Below, in pieces: positions 48,649-59,258 of a DNA stretch of 64,000 nucleotides; the stretch's first letter is position 1, and each line of letters starts with the position of its first letter. The notes beneath the pieces are model-generated. The model searched no databases. It worked only from the letters and a program-made list of their open reading frames with translations, and was not told where the DNA came from. Made by a program: the position numbers and the translations under genes. Source of the stretch: an uncultured candidate division Zixibacteria bacterium. GTDB lineage: Bacteria; Zixibacteria; MSB-5A5; GN15; FEB-12. The stretch lies in the NCBI GenBank assembly GCA_963806185.1, contig CAWDXE010000001.1, forward strand, positions 1,035,734 to 1,099,733. Direction: 5' to 3'.

Positions 48649-49428
48649 ATGGATCTCACTTTACCTACTTACTTGGGAAGTAATTATCTAAGCAACTCTC
48701 AGCGTGCTCGGGTGATCACCGAAGCATGGGCCGTCAGAAATCTATATTGTCCGGCATGCGATGCAGAGCTATTAACTCAATTCCCGGCGAATAGCCGGGC
48801 CGTCGATTTTCATTGTTCGCTCTGCAATTCACGATATCAGTTAAAGGCAACCAAGAGCGCCATTGGAGGAAGAATTAATGATTCGGCCTATGAATCTATG
48901 ATGAGCGCAATCAGGAATAATCAGTGTCCTCACTTCATCATCATGCGGTATGACCTGGCCTCTGCTCGTGTGCGGGACTTACTGTTGCTCCCCTCTTTTG
49001 GGATATCCGAGAGCGCGATTATTGCTCGAAGGCCGCTGGCGCCGACAGCTAGGCGCGCAGGTTGGGTCGGATGTCTAATTGACTTGGGATATCTCCCGGC
49101 CAACGCACGAATTTTGATCGTCCAGAATTTTGCCGTTCAGCCCCGCGAACACGTTACAGCGAAGTTTGCCTCGCTAAGGCCCTTGGAAAGTCATTCCGCG
49201 AAATCCCGGGGCTGGGCTCTAGACGTATTGACATTGGTTCAAACGCTCAAGCGAGAGGAGTTTTCGTTGAGCGACATTTATGCGAGCGAAGCAGTACTTG
49301 CGGCGCTTCATACTAACAATAGGAACATTAGAGCCAAGATTCGACAACAGCTGCAGGTACTTCGCGACCTTGGCTTAATAAAATTCCTCAGCCCTGGTCG
49401 GTACTCGCTCTTGGGGAGCGTGAAATAG
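48649..49428 (+). CDS. DpnI-like (Dam-replacing family) modification-dependent restriction endonuclease
   Basis: SQRARVITEAW..YCPAC, VDFHCSLC..YQLK, RRPLAPTARRAGWVGC, winged helix NRNIRAKIRQQLQVLRDLG; AT-richer than neighbours. Confidence 0.88.
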   Translation: MDLTLPTYLGSNYLSNSQRARVITEAWAVRNLYCPACDAELLTQFPANSRAVDFHCSLCNSRYQLKATKSAIGGRINDSAYESMMSAIRNNQCPHFIIMRYDLASARVRDLLLLPSFGISESAIIARRPLAPTARRAGWVGCLIDLGYLPANARILIVQNFAVQPREHVTAKFASLRPLESHSAKSRGWALDVLTLVQTLKREEFSLSDIYASEAVLAALHTNNRNIRAKIRQQLQVLRDLGLIKFLSPGRYSLLGSVK

Positions 49429-49445
49429 CCCCCCCATTAATCCCC

Positions 49446-49473
49446 TTGACCTCTCCCCCATTTCTCATATATT
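49446..49473 (+). promoter_or_regulatory. Sigma70 promoter of the rpmH operon
   Basis: TTGACC-N16-TATATT, 27 nt before the rpmH ATG. Confidence 0.55.
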
Positions 49474-49500
49474 AACAGGCTATTAACGAACGGAAGAACT

Positions 49501-49653
49501 ATGAAAAGAACCTTTCAACCATCTAACCGCAAGCGTCTCAACGACCACGGTTATCGCGCGCGCATGGCCACCAAAGGCGGCCGCAAGGTCCTCGCCCGCC
49601 GTCGCGCCAAAGGTCGCCGGAGACTGACGGTTACCGTTGCCCGAAAGAAATAA
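49501..49653 (+). CDS. rpmH: 50S ribosomal protein L34 (not in the ORF track)
   Basis: Translated by hand: [50 protein letters not shown]. Confidence 0.97.
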   Translation: MKRTFQPSNRKRLNDHGYRARMATKGGRKVLARRRAKGRRRLTVTVARKK

Positions 49654-49987
49654 GTTTCCCCGGAGCCTCAGCCTCAAGCACCGGCTCGAGATCAGCGAAC
49701 TGGTGCGCCACGGTCAGCGGTTTGCGGGGGTTTCTTTTACCTTGGTGGCCCAGACCAGCGACCGCTTTGGCTGGTGTGTCCTCGTAGGGAAAAAACATGG
49801 CACCGCCGTCCGTCGCAACCGGATCAAACGGCTGGTGCGCGAGGCGATTCGGCTGGAACGAAACCGGCTTGACAAACCGGTCAAAATCGCTGTCCTTCCG
49901 TTCGCGAAGGATGAACTCCCGAATTTTGAAACCATACGCACCGATGTTGGCCGGATCTTTGCCAAAATCGCCCGGCTCTCTGAGTAG
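49637..49987 (+). CDS. rnpA: Ribonuclease P protein component
   Basis: [19 protein letters not shown] motif; synteny with rpmH. Confidence 0.92.
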   Translation: MPERNKFPRSLSLKHRLEISELVRHGQRFAGVSFTLVAQTSDRFGWCVLVGKKHGTAVRRNRIKRLVREAIRLERNRLDKPVKIAVLPFAKDELPNFETIRTDVGRIFAKIARLSE

Positions 49988-50201
49988 TTTGCTGGCGCTC
50001 CCCCTTGTTGGGCTGATCCATGTCTATCGGTGGACCCTCTCCCCGCTCATCGGACAGCAATGCCGCTTCGACCCCACCTGCTCGCACTACGCCCAGGACG
50101 CCCTGCACAAGCATGGAGCATGGCGCGGGAGCATTTTGGCGATCAAACGGATTGGCCGATGTCACCCTTGGCATGCGGGCGGCTTTGACCCGGTGCCATA
50201 A
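49980..50201 (+). CDS. yidD: Membrane protein insertion efficiency factor YidD (start approximate)
   Basis: YRWTLSP..CRFDPTCSHYA..RIGRCHPWHAGGFDPVP. Confidence 0.92.
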   Translation: MSSLLALPLVGLIHVYRWTLSPLIGQQCRFDPTCSHYAQDALHKHGAWRGSILAIKRIGRCHPWHAGGFDPVP

Positions 50202-50221
50202 CCTCCACAGGGAATTGTGCT

Positions 50222-51943
50222 TTGGATAAAAAAACGATCCTGCTTCTTATCCCCATCGTGCTGGTAATCATCTTCTACTGGCAGATCCTCGAATTCCTGG
50301 GTCTGTACACCCCGGCTCCTCCGGTCCAGACCGGCAAGACCGACACCACCCAGGTATCGACCCCACCCGATTCGCAACTCCCGGTAGTCTTAGCTCCGGC
50401 TGCTGTCCAGCCGGTCCTGGATACCACGCTGGCCGCCGCGCCGGTCGACACGACCACGGTGAGCGTCGATACGGTGGTCATCACGACCAAGAGGTATATC
50501 GCCACCCTGATCACCAAGGGAGGCGGGCCGATCTCGATCAAGCTCGAGGATTACCATTACCACGACGATCGCGGCAATATTGAGATGGTACCGTTTCCTG
50601 CCGAAGTGACCCCGGCGCTTGCGTTTTCATCCGGGACATTTCAGACGGGGAGTCTTCCGTTCGTATCAAGCCTCTCCCCCGGTCATTACAATGCATCAAC
50701 CGCACCGGTCGACGTCGTCTACACCTACACCAACCCGCAGGGCGGGCAGATCGTCAAGAGCTATCGCTTTTATCCGGATGACTATCATTATGACCTCACC
50801 GTCGGCGTCAATCGACGGGAAGCGCTCGGCTTCGAACGACAGTACGAGTTGATGTGGAATACGCCGCTCGGTGCCACTGAGCCGGACCTGAAGTCGGATT
50901 ATCTGGAAATGAAGGGCGTTGCCCGCATGGGCGAGGATTTCCGCAAGCTCGAGAAATTCGAAGGCAACACACTGAACATGCAGGAGAGCGGCACAACGGC
51001 CTGGGCCGGTGTGCGCTCGAAGTACTTCACCGCCGTTCTGATTCCGATGAACAAACCGGCCGACGGTGTCTCGGCGACTGGTAGTCAGCAAGCCGCTACC
51101 GGGCCTCACGGCACCTACGAGAAGCGCGACGTGCACGTCGGCATTGAAATGCCCCTCGCCGCGACGTCGACGTTCACCGACACGGTCCGCGTCTTTGTCG
51201 GCCCGCTCGACTATACGCTGATGGCGCGCTACGGCAAGGGGCTGCAGGATATTCTCGATATCGGCACCACACCCGTCGTCGGCTGGATCATCAAGATCTT
51301 CGCCGTGCCGATCATCTGGCTGTTGCCCAAAATCTATGCTGTCATACCCAACTACGGGTTTGTCATCATCATCTTCGCTCTACTGGTAAAGCTGATCACG
51401 TTACCGCTATCGCTCAAATCAGTCAAATCGATGGCCGGCCTCAAGGAAATTCAGCCGAAGATGGAAGAGCTGAAAGTTAAGCACAAGAACAACCCGCAGG
51501 CGCTCAATGCCGAGATGATGAAATTGTACAAGCAGGCCGGCGTCAATCCGGTCTCCGGCTGTTTGCCGATCCTTTTGCAGATGCCGCTCTTTTTCGCCAT
51601 GTTTGCCGTCTTCCGCTCGACCGTGCTGCTGCGGAAAGCGCCATTTATCGGCTTTGTCGACGATCTGTCGCGCGGCGCCACCGGTCTTACCGACCCGTAC
51701 ATCATTCTCGTGCTTCTGATGGTCGGTTCGCAGTTTGTCTCCCAGATGTTCACGATGGCGTCAAGTCAACAGAACAAGATGATGATGTACATTCTGCCGC
51801 TGGTGATGGGTTTCTTCTTCTATACCGCGCCGGCCGGCCTGGTTATCTACTGGACCTGTTTCTCAATCCTGTCGCTGGTTGACTATTATCTTTTCCGGCG
51901 CAACCAGCCGTTGAATCCGCAAATCAAAACCGCCACGACGTAG
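50222..51943 (+). CDS. yidC: Membrane protein insertase YidC
   Basis: KYF, FVGP, NYGFVIII..VK, QPKMEEL, GCLPILLQMP, PAGLVIYW. Confidence 0.95.
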   Translation: MDKKTILLLIPIVLVIIFYWQILEFLGLYTPAPPVQTGKTDTTQVSTPPDSQLPVVLAPAAVQPVLDTTLAAAPVDTTTVSVDTVVITTKRYIATLITKGGGPISIKLEDYHYHDDRGNIEMVPFPAEVTPALAFSSGTFQTGSLPFVSSLSPGHYNASTAPVDVVYTYTNPQGGQIVKSYRFYPDDYHYDLTVGVNRREALGFERQYELMWNTPLGATEPDLKSDYLEMKGVARMGEDFRKLEKFEGNTLNMQESGTTAWAGVRSKYFTAVLIPMNKPADGVSATGSQQAATGPHGTYEKRDVHVGIEMPLAATSTFTDTVRVFVGPLDYTLMARYGKGLQDILDIGTTPVVGWIIKIFAVPIIWLLPKIYAVIPNYGFVIIIFALLVKLITLPLSLKSVKSMAGLKEIQPKMEELKVKHKNNPQALNAEMMKLYKQAGVNPVSGCLPILLQMPLFFAMFAVFRSTVLLRKAPFIGFVDDLSRGATGLTDPYIILVLLMVGSQFVSQMFTMASSQQNKMMMYILPLVMGFFFYTAPAGLVIYWTCFSILSLVDYYLFRRNQPLNPQIKTATT

Positions 51944-51946
51944 GTT

Positions 51947-53347
51947 ATGACTGCCGCTTCGCGCGGCGCGAGGGCCGCTTACTCAGAGGATACCATTGTC
52001 GCGATCATCACCCCGCCCGGCGAGGGTGGGATCGCGGCTTTGCGTCTGGCCGGTCCGAAGAGTCTGGCTATCTTTCAGAATCATTTCAAAGCCCGACATG
52101 ATGCAGCGCCGCTCGAACCGTTTGTGATGCGCTATGGCCACGCGGTCGATCGCGATGGCGGGATGATCGACGAGATCCTCGCGGTCTTCATGCCGCAGGG
52201 GAGAAGTTACACCGGTCTGGACCAGGTGGAGATCTTCTGCCACGGCGGCCGTCAGGCGGTATCACTCATTATGGAGCAATTTATCAATTCAGGCGCTCGC
52301 CCCGCCGAACCGGGCGAGTTCACCCGCCTGGCTTTCCTCAATGGACGAATCGATCTGACCCGCGCTGAAGCGGTAGCCGAGCTGATCGCTGCCAACACAG
52401 CCCAGTCGTATCGCGTCAGTCGGGAGCATCTACTTGGAGCATATTCGGAGCACATTGAAAAGCTGCGCGGTGAGCTGGTGAGTATTCTTGCTGAAGTTGA
52501 GTCCGGGATAGATTTTAGCGAAGAAGACATCGACCCTGCCGAAAGCGCGAAACTGGTCGAACGCATCTCGGCGCTCGCCGGGAGCATCAAGACACTGCTC
52601 GATTCATACATTGGCGGTCGCATCATACACGAGGGATTTCACGTCGCCATCGCCGGCCGCCCGAACGCCGGGAAATCATCGCTCTTCAACCTGCTTCTCC
52701 GCCAGGAACGCGCTCTGGTCACGCCTACGGCTGGCACCACCCGTGACTACTTGAGCGAATGGATTGATCTTGGGGGGTACGCCGTGGAGCTGATTGACAC
52801 GGCCGGCCTCCGGAAGGGGGGAGGGGCGATCGAGAAAGCGGGGCAACGGCGGTCGTCGGATATCCTCAAGCGAGTGGACCTGCTGCTCTGGATATTCGAC
52901 ATCTCACAACGCGGCTGGGAGTCCAGACTCACACAAGATCAGAGTACACACCCGGCGAAGTCGCGAATGCTGGTCGCAAATAAGATCGATCTTATCAAGA
53001 AAACAACTGTCCCACAATATGTTAACGATGACATGGTGGCTGCCATATCCTGCGTAAAGAGAACGGGGATCGACGCCTTGAAGGAAGAGATTCTACGCCA
53101 AATTGCAGTCCGAATGCCCGACCTCACCTCGGGGTTGGTGGTCACCTCCGCTCGCCATCAACAAAAGCTCAAGTCCGCCCTGAAGGGCCTCACGGCCGCC
53201 CGCCGGAGGCTCAGCGCGGGGGAGGGGACTGAGTTGGCAGCCTTCGAACTTCACCAAGCTGTCGACTTTCTCGACGAAATCACCGGTCGGATCTACACCG
53301 AAGAGATTCTCGGTGCGATCTTCGCCCAGTTCTGTGTCGGTAAGTAA
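51947..53347 (+). CDS. mnmE: tRNA modification GTPase MnmE
   Basis: DTIVAIITPPGEGG, GEFTRLAFLNGRIDL, GRPNAGKSS, GTTRD, DTAG, C-terminal FCVGK. Confidence 0.97.
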   Translation: MTAASRGARAAYSEDTIVAIITPPGEGGIAALRLAGPKSLAIFQNHFKARHDAAPLEPFVMRYGHAVDRDGGMIDEILAVFMPQGRSYTGLDQVEIFCHGGRQAVSLIMEQFINSGARPAEPGEFTRLAFLNGRIDLTRAEAVAELIAANTAQSYRVSREHLLGAYSEHIEKLRGELVSILAEVESGIDFSEEDIDPAESAKLVERISALAGSIKTLLDSYIGGRIIHEGFHVAIAGRPNAGKSSLFNLLLRQERALVTPTAGTTRDYLSEWIDLGGYAVELIDTAGLRKGGGAIEKAGQRRSSDILKRVDLLLWIFDISQRGWESRLTQDQSTHPAKSRMLVANKIDLIKKTTVPQYVNDDMVAAISCVKRTGIDALKEEILRQIAVRMPDLTSGLVVTSARHQQKLKSALKGLTAARRRLSAGEGTELAAFELHQAVDFLDEITGRIYTEEILGAIFAQFCVGK

Positions 53348-53386
53348 AAGCCGTACATAGCGTCCAGCACAATTAACTCTCAGCGC

Positions 53387-53402
53387 TGTTTCACGTGAAA
53401 CA
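53387..53402. promoter_or_regulatory. parS: parS centromere site
   Basis: Perfect TGTTTCACGTGAAACA; palindrome extends to 24 bp (GCGC flanks). Confidence 0.93.
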
Positions 53403-53519
53403 GCGCGAAAATAGACACTTGCGATCTTTGTTAAAAAGTGTTTCTTGGGAATTCCTGTGTAGGTAACCATGCGCTCTTTCGAGGATCTGAGCGCGAGAAA
53501 ACCAAGTTTTGGAGGACAA

Positions 53520-54155
53520 ATGCGTAGAAATGTGCTGACCGTAGGGGCGTCCGTCCTTGCACTGGGAGCTGTTCTGGCTCTGACAAACTGCCAAAATCAA
53601 AGTGCCGATAAGACCGATGATACCTCTTCGGCTATGGCGCAGAATACCGCCACGAATGCCGATCCGAAAGTTCACGGCAAATACCTGGTCAATCTTGGCG
53701 GCTGCAACGACTGCCATTCACCCAAGAAAATGACTGACCAGGGTCCGGTGCCGGACGACTCACGCCTGCTTTCCGGGCAGCCGTCGGATTTGCCCGCCCT
53801 CGACGCACCAACTATGCTTTCACCAACTGGTTGGATGGCCGCTTGCAACGGTCACATGACCGCCTGGGCCGGACCATGGGGGATTAGCTACGCCGCCAAT
53901 CTCACGCCGGATACGGCAACCGGACTTGGCGCCTGGACGCCAGACATCTTTGTTGCCACGCTTCGCACCGGCAAACACATGGGCTCCGGCCGGAATATTC
54001 TGCCCCCGATGCCCTGGAATTTCTACTCAACGCTTACTGACGATGATCTCAAGTCGATCTTTGCCTATCTGCAATCGCTCCCGCCGGTCCACAATCAGGT
54101 TCCCCAGCCCGTGCCGCCGGCAGCTGCGCCCGCGCAAGGCGGTAGCACGAACTGA
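53520..54155 (+). CDS. Lipoprotein c-type cytochrome (single CxxCH)
   Basis: Lipobox-like LALTNC, GKYLV..GCNDCH, ANLTPD..TGLGAW, PPMPW distal Met; GGAGG RBS. Confidence 0.88.
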   Translation: MRRNVLTVGASVLALGAVLALTNCQNQSADKTDDTSSAMAQNTATNADPKVHGKYLVNLGGCNDCHSPKKMTDQGPVPDDSRLLSGQPSDLPALDAPTMLSPTGWMAACNGHMTAWAGPWGISYAANLTPDTATGLGAWTPDIFVATLRTGKHMGSGRNILPPMPWNFYSTLTDDDLKSIFAYLQSLPPVHNQVPQPVPPAAAPAQGGSTN

Positions 54156-54178
54156 GGAATTTTCGTATATAGAAGGAG

Positions 54179-56048
54179 ATGTCCTCGAGAGATTTTGACA
54201 TAATTGTCATTGGTGGCGGCCACGCCGGAGTCGAAGCGGCGCTGGCCGCTGTCCGTATGGGAAAGAGGGCGGCCATCGTCACCATGGATGCCGACCGTCT
54301 TGCCCTCATGTCCTGCAATCCGGCCGTCGGCGGCATTGGCAAATCACAGCTGGTAAAGGAAGTCGACGCCCTCGGTGGGATCATGGGCGAAGCCACCGAT
54401 GCCACTGGTATCCAGTTCCGGCGGCTCAACCTGTCGCGCGGGCCGGCGGTCTGGTCGACTCGAGCTCAGGCCGATCGGATTGCCTACAACAAGTATATTG
54501 TCGATTTCTGTCGTTCCCAATCGAATCTCACGATCATTCAAGCTCTTGCTGGAGCAATTCTTACCGACAACGAACAAGTCGTCGGCATCCTCACCGAACA
54601 GGGGGAGAGGATCTCCTGCATAGCCATTATCGTGGCCACCGGCACATTTCTCGGTGGGCTGATTCATATCGGGGAGAAGAAATTTCAGGCTGGTCGGATC
54701 GGCGAACCGGCCGCCTACAAGTTATCCGATTCGTTCCGCGAACTCGGCTTTGAGCTGGGTCGCCTGAAGACTGGCACACCTCCGAGGCTCGACGGCGACA
54801 CGATCGACTGGTCGAAATGCCAAATGCAACCGGGAGAGGAACCCATTCCATTTTTCTCTTATCGATCCCCCCGGCGCCGTTTCGAACAAACTCCCTGCTA
54901 TCTGACGGCGACCACTGCAAAGACCAAAGAGATCATCTCCGCGAATTTCCATCGCTCGCCGATGTTCTCGGGGCAAATTCATTCGACCGGCCCGCGCTAC
55001 TGCCCGTCGATCGAAGATAAATTCTACCGCTTCGCCCATAAGCCGACCCACCAGATATTTCTCGAACCGGAAGGGAACGGGACGAGCGAGGTCTATCCGA
55101 ACGGCTTCTCGACTTCGCTGCCTGAGGATGTGCAAGTTGCTGCTATAAAAACAATTATAGGACTTGAAGAGGTGCGAATCACGCGTCCCGGGTACGCTGT
55201 CGAATACGATTACTGTCCTTCCTACCAGATCAAGCCCTCTCTGGAAACCAGGCGCGTGAGGAATCTCTTTTTCGCCGGCCAGATCAACGGTACCTCCGGC
55301 TATGAAGAAGCGGCAGCACAGGGGATCATGGCGGGAATCAATGCCTCTCGGGCGATCAATGGTGAGGAACCGTTTGTGCTGGACCGCTCCGAGGCATACA
55401 TCGGGGTGATGATTGATGACCTGATTACTCGTTCGACCACTGAACCGTATCGGATGTTCACCTCCCGTGCGGAATACCGCCTGGCTCTTCGAGAGGACAA
55501 TGCTCGCGATCGCCTGGCGGCTCACGCAAGCCGGCTGGGTCTTATTACTCCCACTGATTTTGCATCGTTCACCCAGCTCGACAAGAACACGCGGGCCGAA
55601 GTGGCCTTGCTGCGCAAGACTCGAGTGCGAGCCTCGACCCTTGGCGAGCTGGGGGAGAGGCTCGGCAGAGTCCGAGACCGTCTGCCTGGCGGACCTTCTC
55701 AAGCAACCCGGCATCGGGATTCCCGAGATTCTGCCGGTGATCGCACGGTTTGAGGGGAAGTTCTCCGTCGATATCGAAACTCTCGAGCGAGCTGCTATCT
55801 TCATTCGATATGAAGGGTATATCGATAAGCAGGACCGTGAGATAGCGAAATTTAAGAAGGCCGAAACTCAGCTTATTCCTGACTCTTTCACCTACGAAGC
55901 GCTCAACGGTTTACGTAATGAGGCGCGCGAGAAGCTTACCCGCTTCCGTCCCTCGTCGCTTGGCCAAGCCAGCCGTATCGAGGGGTTGACTTCGGGTGAT
56001 CTGGCCGTGCTGTCAGTCCACCTCAAACGCCACCAGATACCAGTGTGA
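54179..56048 (+). CDS. mnmG: tRNA uridine 5-carboxymethylaminomethyl enzyme MnmG/GidA (frameshift near 55665)
   Basis: GGGHAGVEA, SCNPAVGG, RLKTGTPPR, GPRYCPSIE, GQINGTSGYEEAA; C-terminus (RYEGYI..LGQASRIEG) in the +1 frame. Confidence 0.95.
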
Positions 56049-56671
56049 GGAACGACGCAATGCGAACGGTTGAATCACTTGCTCTCGATATTCCGGCTAT
56101 CCTTGCCAAACACGACCCGTCCGGCCGCATTCGCGAGTATCACACAGCGCTGATGCGCGAAAACGCTGTCGTGAACCTTGTTTCACGTGAAACAACGGAG
56201 ACTGATTTTCTAAAGCTGTGTGCCGAGTCATTGTTGCCATTTGAGACAGAAGCGCTCGCACAGCGGACATTCACAAGCTATCTCGATATCGGCTCCGGCG
56301 GCGGACTGCCGGCCATTCCACTCCTTCTCACCGGCAAAGTGTCCGGCAAATCTGTACTATACGAGCGCACTCAGAAGAAAGCGGCCGCGCTGCAGCGAAT
56401 TCTCGAGACCCTCAAACTCGGCGCACACGTGCTCCCGCTGTCATTTGGAGAAACACCTCGGAGCGATCGCTTCTCTCTGGTTACCGTCCGGTATGTTACC
56501 CTCACCGACCGAATGCTTCGCGATATCGTCAAGCTGCTCACTCCCGACAGCCTCTGTATCTACTACGGTCGCCCGGACTTCAAAACAAAAGTCGGCCAGG
56601 TAACCATGTATCCCTATCTCGTTCCGCCCGATACGGTCGCGCGCCATTTCTCTATTATCAAACTCAAATAA
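56045..56671 (+). CDS. rsmG: 16S rRNA m7G527 methyltransferase RsmG/GidB (divergent)
   Basis: [25 protein letters not shown]; position between mnmG and parA. Confidence 0.82.
   Translation: MRNDAMRTVESLALDIPAILAKHDPSGRIREYHTALMRENAVVNLVSRETTETDFLKLCAESLLPFETEALAQRTFTSYLDIGSGGGLPAIPLLLTGKVSGKSVLYERTQKKAAALQRILETLKLGAHVLPLSFGETPRSDRFSLVTVRYVTLTDRMLRDIVKLLTPDSLCIYYGRPDFKTKVGQVTMYPYLVPPDTVARHFSIIKLK
56179..56194. promoter_or_regulatory. parS: parS site inside rsmG
   Basis: Perfect TGTTTCACGTGAAACA, read as VSRET in the protein. Confidence 0.9.
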
Positions 56672-56753
56672 ATCCGCGCCGGAAGATTTTTCTGTTGAAT
56701 CTCCTCGCTCCAAGTCGCTATACTCGATTACACTTGGTCGAAAGCGGGAGCCA

Positions 56754-57516
56754 TTGTACAAGATAATTGCGATTGCCAATCAAAAGGGGGGCGTAGGGAA
56801 GACCACCACGGCGGTGAATCTCACCTCCTGTCTGGCCGCCGCCGAACAGAAAACACTTCTCATCGATATGGATCCCCAGGCCAACTCCACGAGCGGAGTC
56901 GGTTTCGACAAGAATACCGTAGAGCATTCCATCTACGATGTCCTCATCGGCCAGAAGGTTATGAGCGACATCATCAGACCGACCGGCCTTCAGTTTCTCG
57001 ATATCGCTGCCTTCATCGATATCGCTGGTCGGCGCTGAAATCGAATTGGTCTCACTGTTCTCACGTGAGACAGCGGCTGAAAAATGCGCTCGACGGCGTT
57101 GGGCGACCAATATACCTACATCATTATAGACTGCCCGCCGTCGCTCGGACTCCTGACGATCAACACGCTGACTGCCGCACACTCGGTCATCATCCCGATT
57201 CAATGCGAATACTACGCCCTCGAGGGTCTGGGCCAGCTCATGAATACGATCAGACTGGTGCAGCAGCACCTCAATCCGCAACTCGCCGATCGAAGGAGTG
57301 CTGCTGACGATGTACGACGGCCGCTTGAATCTTTCGAAGCAGGTCTCCGATGAAGTGCGCAAACATTTCGACAACAAAGTCTATTCCACGGTGATCTCGC
57401 GCAATGTCCGGCTGTCCGAGGCGCCGTCATTCGGCAAGCCGATCATCCTGTACGACATCCTGTCGACCGGAGCGGAGAATTACATGGCGCTCACCAAAGA
57501 GGTAATGGCACGATGA
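56754..57516 (+). CDS. parA: Chromosome partitioning ATPase ParA/Soj (four apparent +1 frameshifts)
   Basis: [18 protein letters not shown], then [42 protein letters not shown] spread over successive frames. Confidence 0.93.
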
Positions 57517-58358
57517 GCAAGCTGGTGCTGGGAAAAGGGCTCGGGGCGCTGATTCCGAGTCAGGTCGACGACGGCAAAGAGGAGAGCAGGATGCGGACGA
57601 TTCCGGTGAGTGCAATCACGCCCAATCCTCATCAGCCGCGCCAGGATTTCACCGAGGAAGAACTGCAGGAACTGGCCGAATCATTTAAGCACAACGGCAT
57701 CATTCAGCCCCTCGTGGTAAAAAAGACCGATGCGGGCTATATTATTATCGCCGGAGAACGTCGCTTCCGCGCCGCCCAGCGCGCCGGCCTGACCGAAGTC
57801 CCGGCGGTGGTGATGGACGATATCGACGACGTGCGCATGCTGGAGCTGGCGCTGGTCGAGAACATTCAGCGACAGAATTTGAATCCGATCGAGCTGGCCG
57901 ATGCTCTGCAGCGGCTCATGGACCAGTGCGGTCTCACTCAACAGCAGTTATCCGAACGTATCGGCAAAGGCCGCGTGGCGATTGCCAACACGCTTCGGCT
58001 GCGCACGCTGCCGACGTCAATTCAGAATTTCGTGCGCGCCGGGAGATTGACCGAGGGTCACGCGCGCGCGCTGCTGGCGCTGCCCGATGAGACCGCCATG
58101 CGTGTGACGTCCGAACGCATCATGAACGAATCCTGGTCGGTGCGCCAGGTGGAAAAAGAGACCAAAACGAAGCGCAAGCGGCTGATTCCCAAACGCAAGG
58201 CCCCGGAGATCCACGAAATCGAATCGCAACTCAAGCAGATCCTGGGCACATCGGTGAAAATCATTCCCGGTCTCAAACGCGGGCGCATCGAGATAGAATA
58301 TTACGGTGAGGACGATCTCGGCCGTTTGTGGGATTTATTGAAGGCGTTGCCGCACTGA
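57513..58358 (+). CDS. parB: Chromosome partitioning protein ParB/Spo0J
   Basis: LGKGLGALI, NPHQPR, IIAGERRFRAA, ENIQRQNL, GHARALL. Confidence 0.96.
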   Translation: MSKLVLGKGLGALIPSQVDDGKEESRMRTIPVSAITPNPHQPRQDFTEEELQELAESFKHNGIIQPLVVKKTDAGYIIIAGERRFRAAQRAGLTEVPAVVMDDIDDVRMLELALVENIQRQNLNPIELADALQRLMDQCGLTQQQLSERIGKGRVAIANTLRLRTLPTSIQNFVRAGRLTEGHARALLALPDETAMRVTSERIMNESWSVRQVEKETKTKRKRLIPKRKAPEIHEIESQLKQILGTSVKIIPGLKRGRIEIEYYGEDDLGRLWDLLKALPH

Positions 58359-58466
58359 AAGGCACCGCAGTCGACGAATGCCGTGGCCGACGGAAGCCGG
58401 CCGGCTTGACATACAGGACGCACGACAAAACGACAGGAGTCCCGGCGCGCGAGCGCACGACTGATC

Positions 58467-59258
58467 ATGAAGACCGCCAAACATGTCACGCTTATGATCG
58501 TCCCGGAAGGAAGTGAGGCCCGACGGGGTATTCGCCTCCCGGTATGGATTTTTCGCGCCGCCGTAGTTACCTTTGGATTAGTCGTTGTTGGCATTATCTT
58601 GTTCTTCGTCTTTTACGGGCAAATGTTGTCGCGCGTGGCGATGACGAACAAGATCAGCGAAGAGAATCAGATGCTGCGCCGGTATCGTTACAAAGTGCAG
58701 CTTCTGGAGAATAATTTATACCAGGCGCGCGAGATGGTCGGGCGGCTGGCCAAGATTGCCGGCGTGACTTACGAATTTCCGGCTCTGCCGGATGATTCGG
58801 AGCTATTCGCCAAGAAGGATACGTTTGATTCACTGGGCAATCCGCTGGCGAATGTCGGCGACCGGACGATGCCGAAGGGTCTGCCGGTGCGCGGGTTTGT
58901 CAGTCAGGCGTTCAACACCGCCGGGTCGTCACACTTCCACCCGGGTGTCGATATCGCCTGTGCGGTCGGCACACCGGTACTGGTGACGGGCCCGGGCGAA
59001 GTAGTGTATGCCGACTACGATTCGACTTACGGCTACATGGTGGTCGTCAAGCATAACGACAGTGTGACAACCGTCTATGGGCACAACGACAAGATTTTGG
59101 TGTACGAAGGACAGGAGGTGGACGCGGGGACGATGATCGCACTGACCGGAAATACCGGCAAATCGACCGCGCCGCATCTGCATTACGAATTGAGAATTAA
59201 CGACGAACCTGTGAATCCGATGGGTAGTCAATATGATAAAGAAAACCTTTCTAGGTGA
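58467..59258 (+). CDS. Membrane-anchored M23 peptidoglycan endopeptidase
   Basis: TM helix + coiled coil, HPGVD, YGH, TGKSTAPHLHYE. Confidence 0.92.
   Translation: MKTAKHVTLMIVPEGSEARRGIRLPVWIFRAAVVTFGLVVVGIILFFVFYGQMLSRVAMTNKISEENQMLRRYRYKVQLLENNLYQAREMVGRLAKIAGVTYEFPALPDDSELFAKKDTFDSLGNPLANVGDRTMPKGLPVRGFVSQAFNTAGSSHFHPGVDIACAVGTPVLVTGPGEVVYADYDSTYGYMVVVKHNDSVTTVYGHNDKILVYEGQEVDAGTMIALTGNTGKSTAPHLHYELRINDEPVNPMGSQYDKENLSR

Noticed and set aside
57057..57072. parS-like palindrome TCTCACGTGAGA within parA
   Set aside because: Four mismatches to consensus and next to a probable sequencing indel
56754..57516. parA (and mnmG, DUF58) as true pseudogenes or programmed frameshifts
   Set aside because: No slippery sequences, motifs intact, parS and parB intact; pattern fits assembly indels
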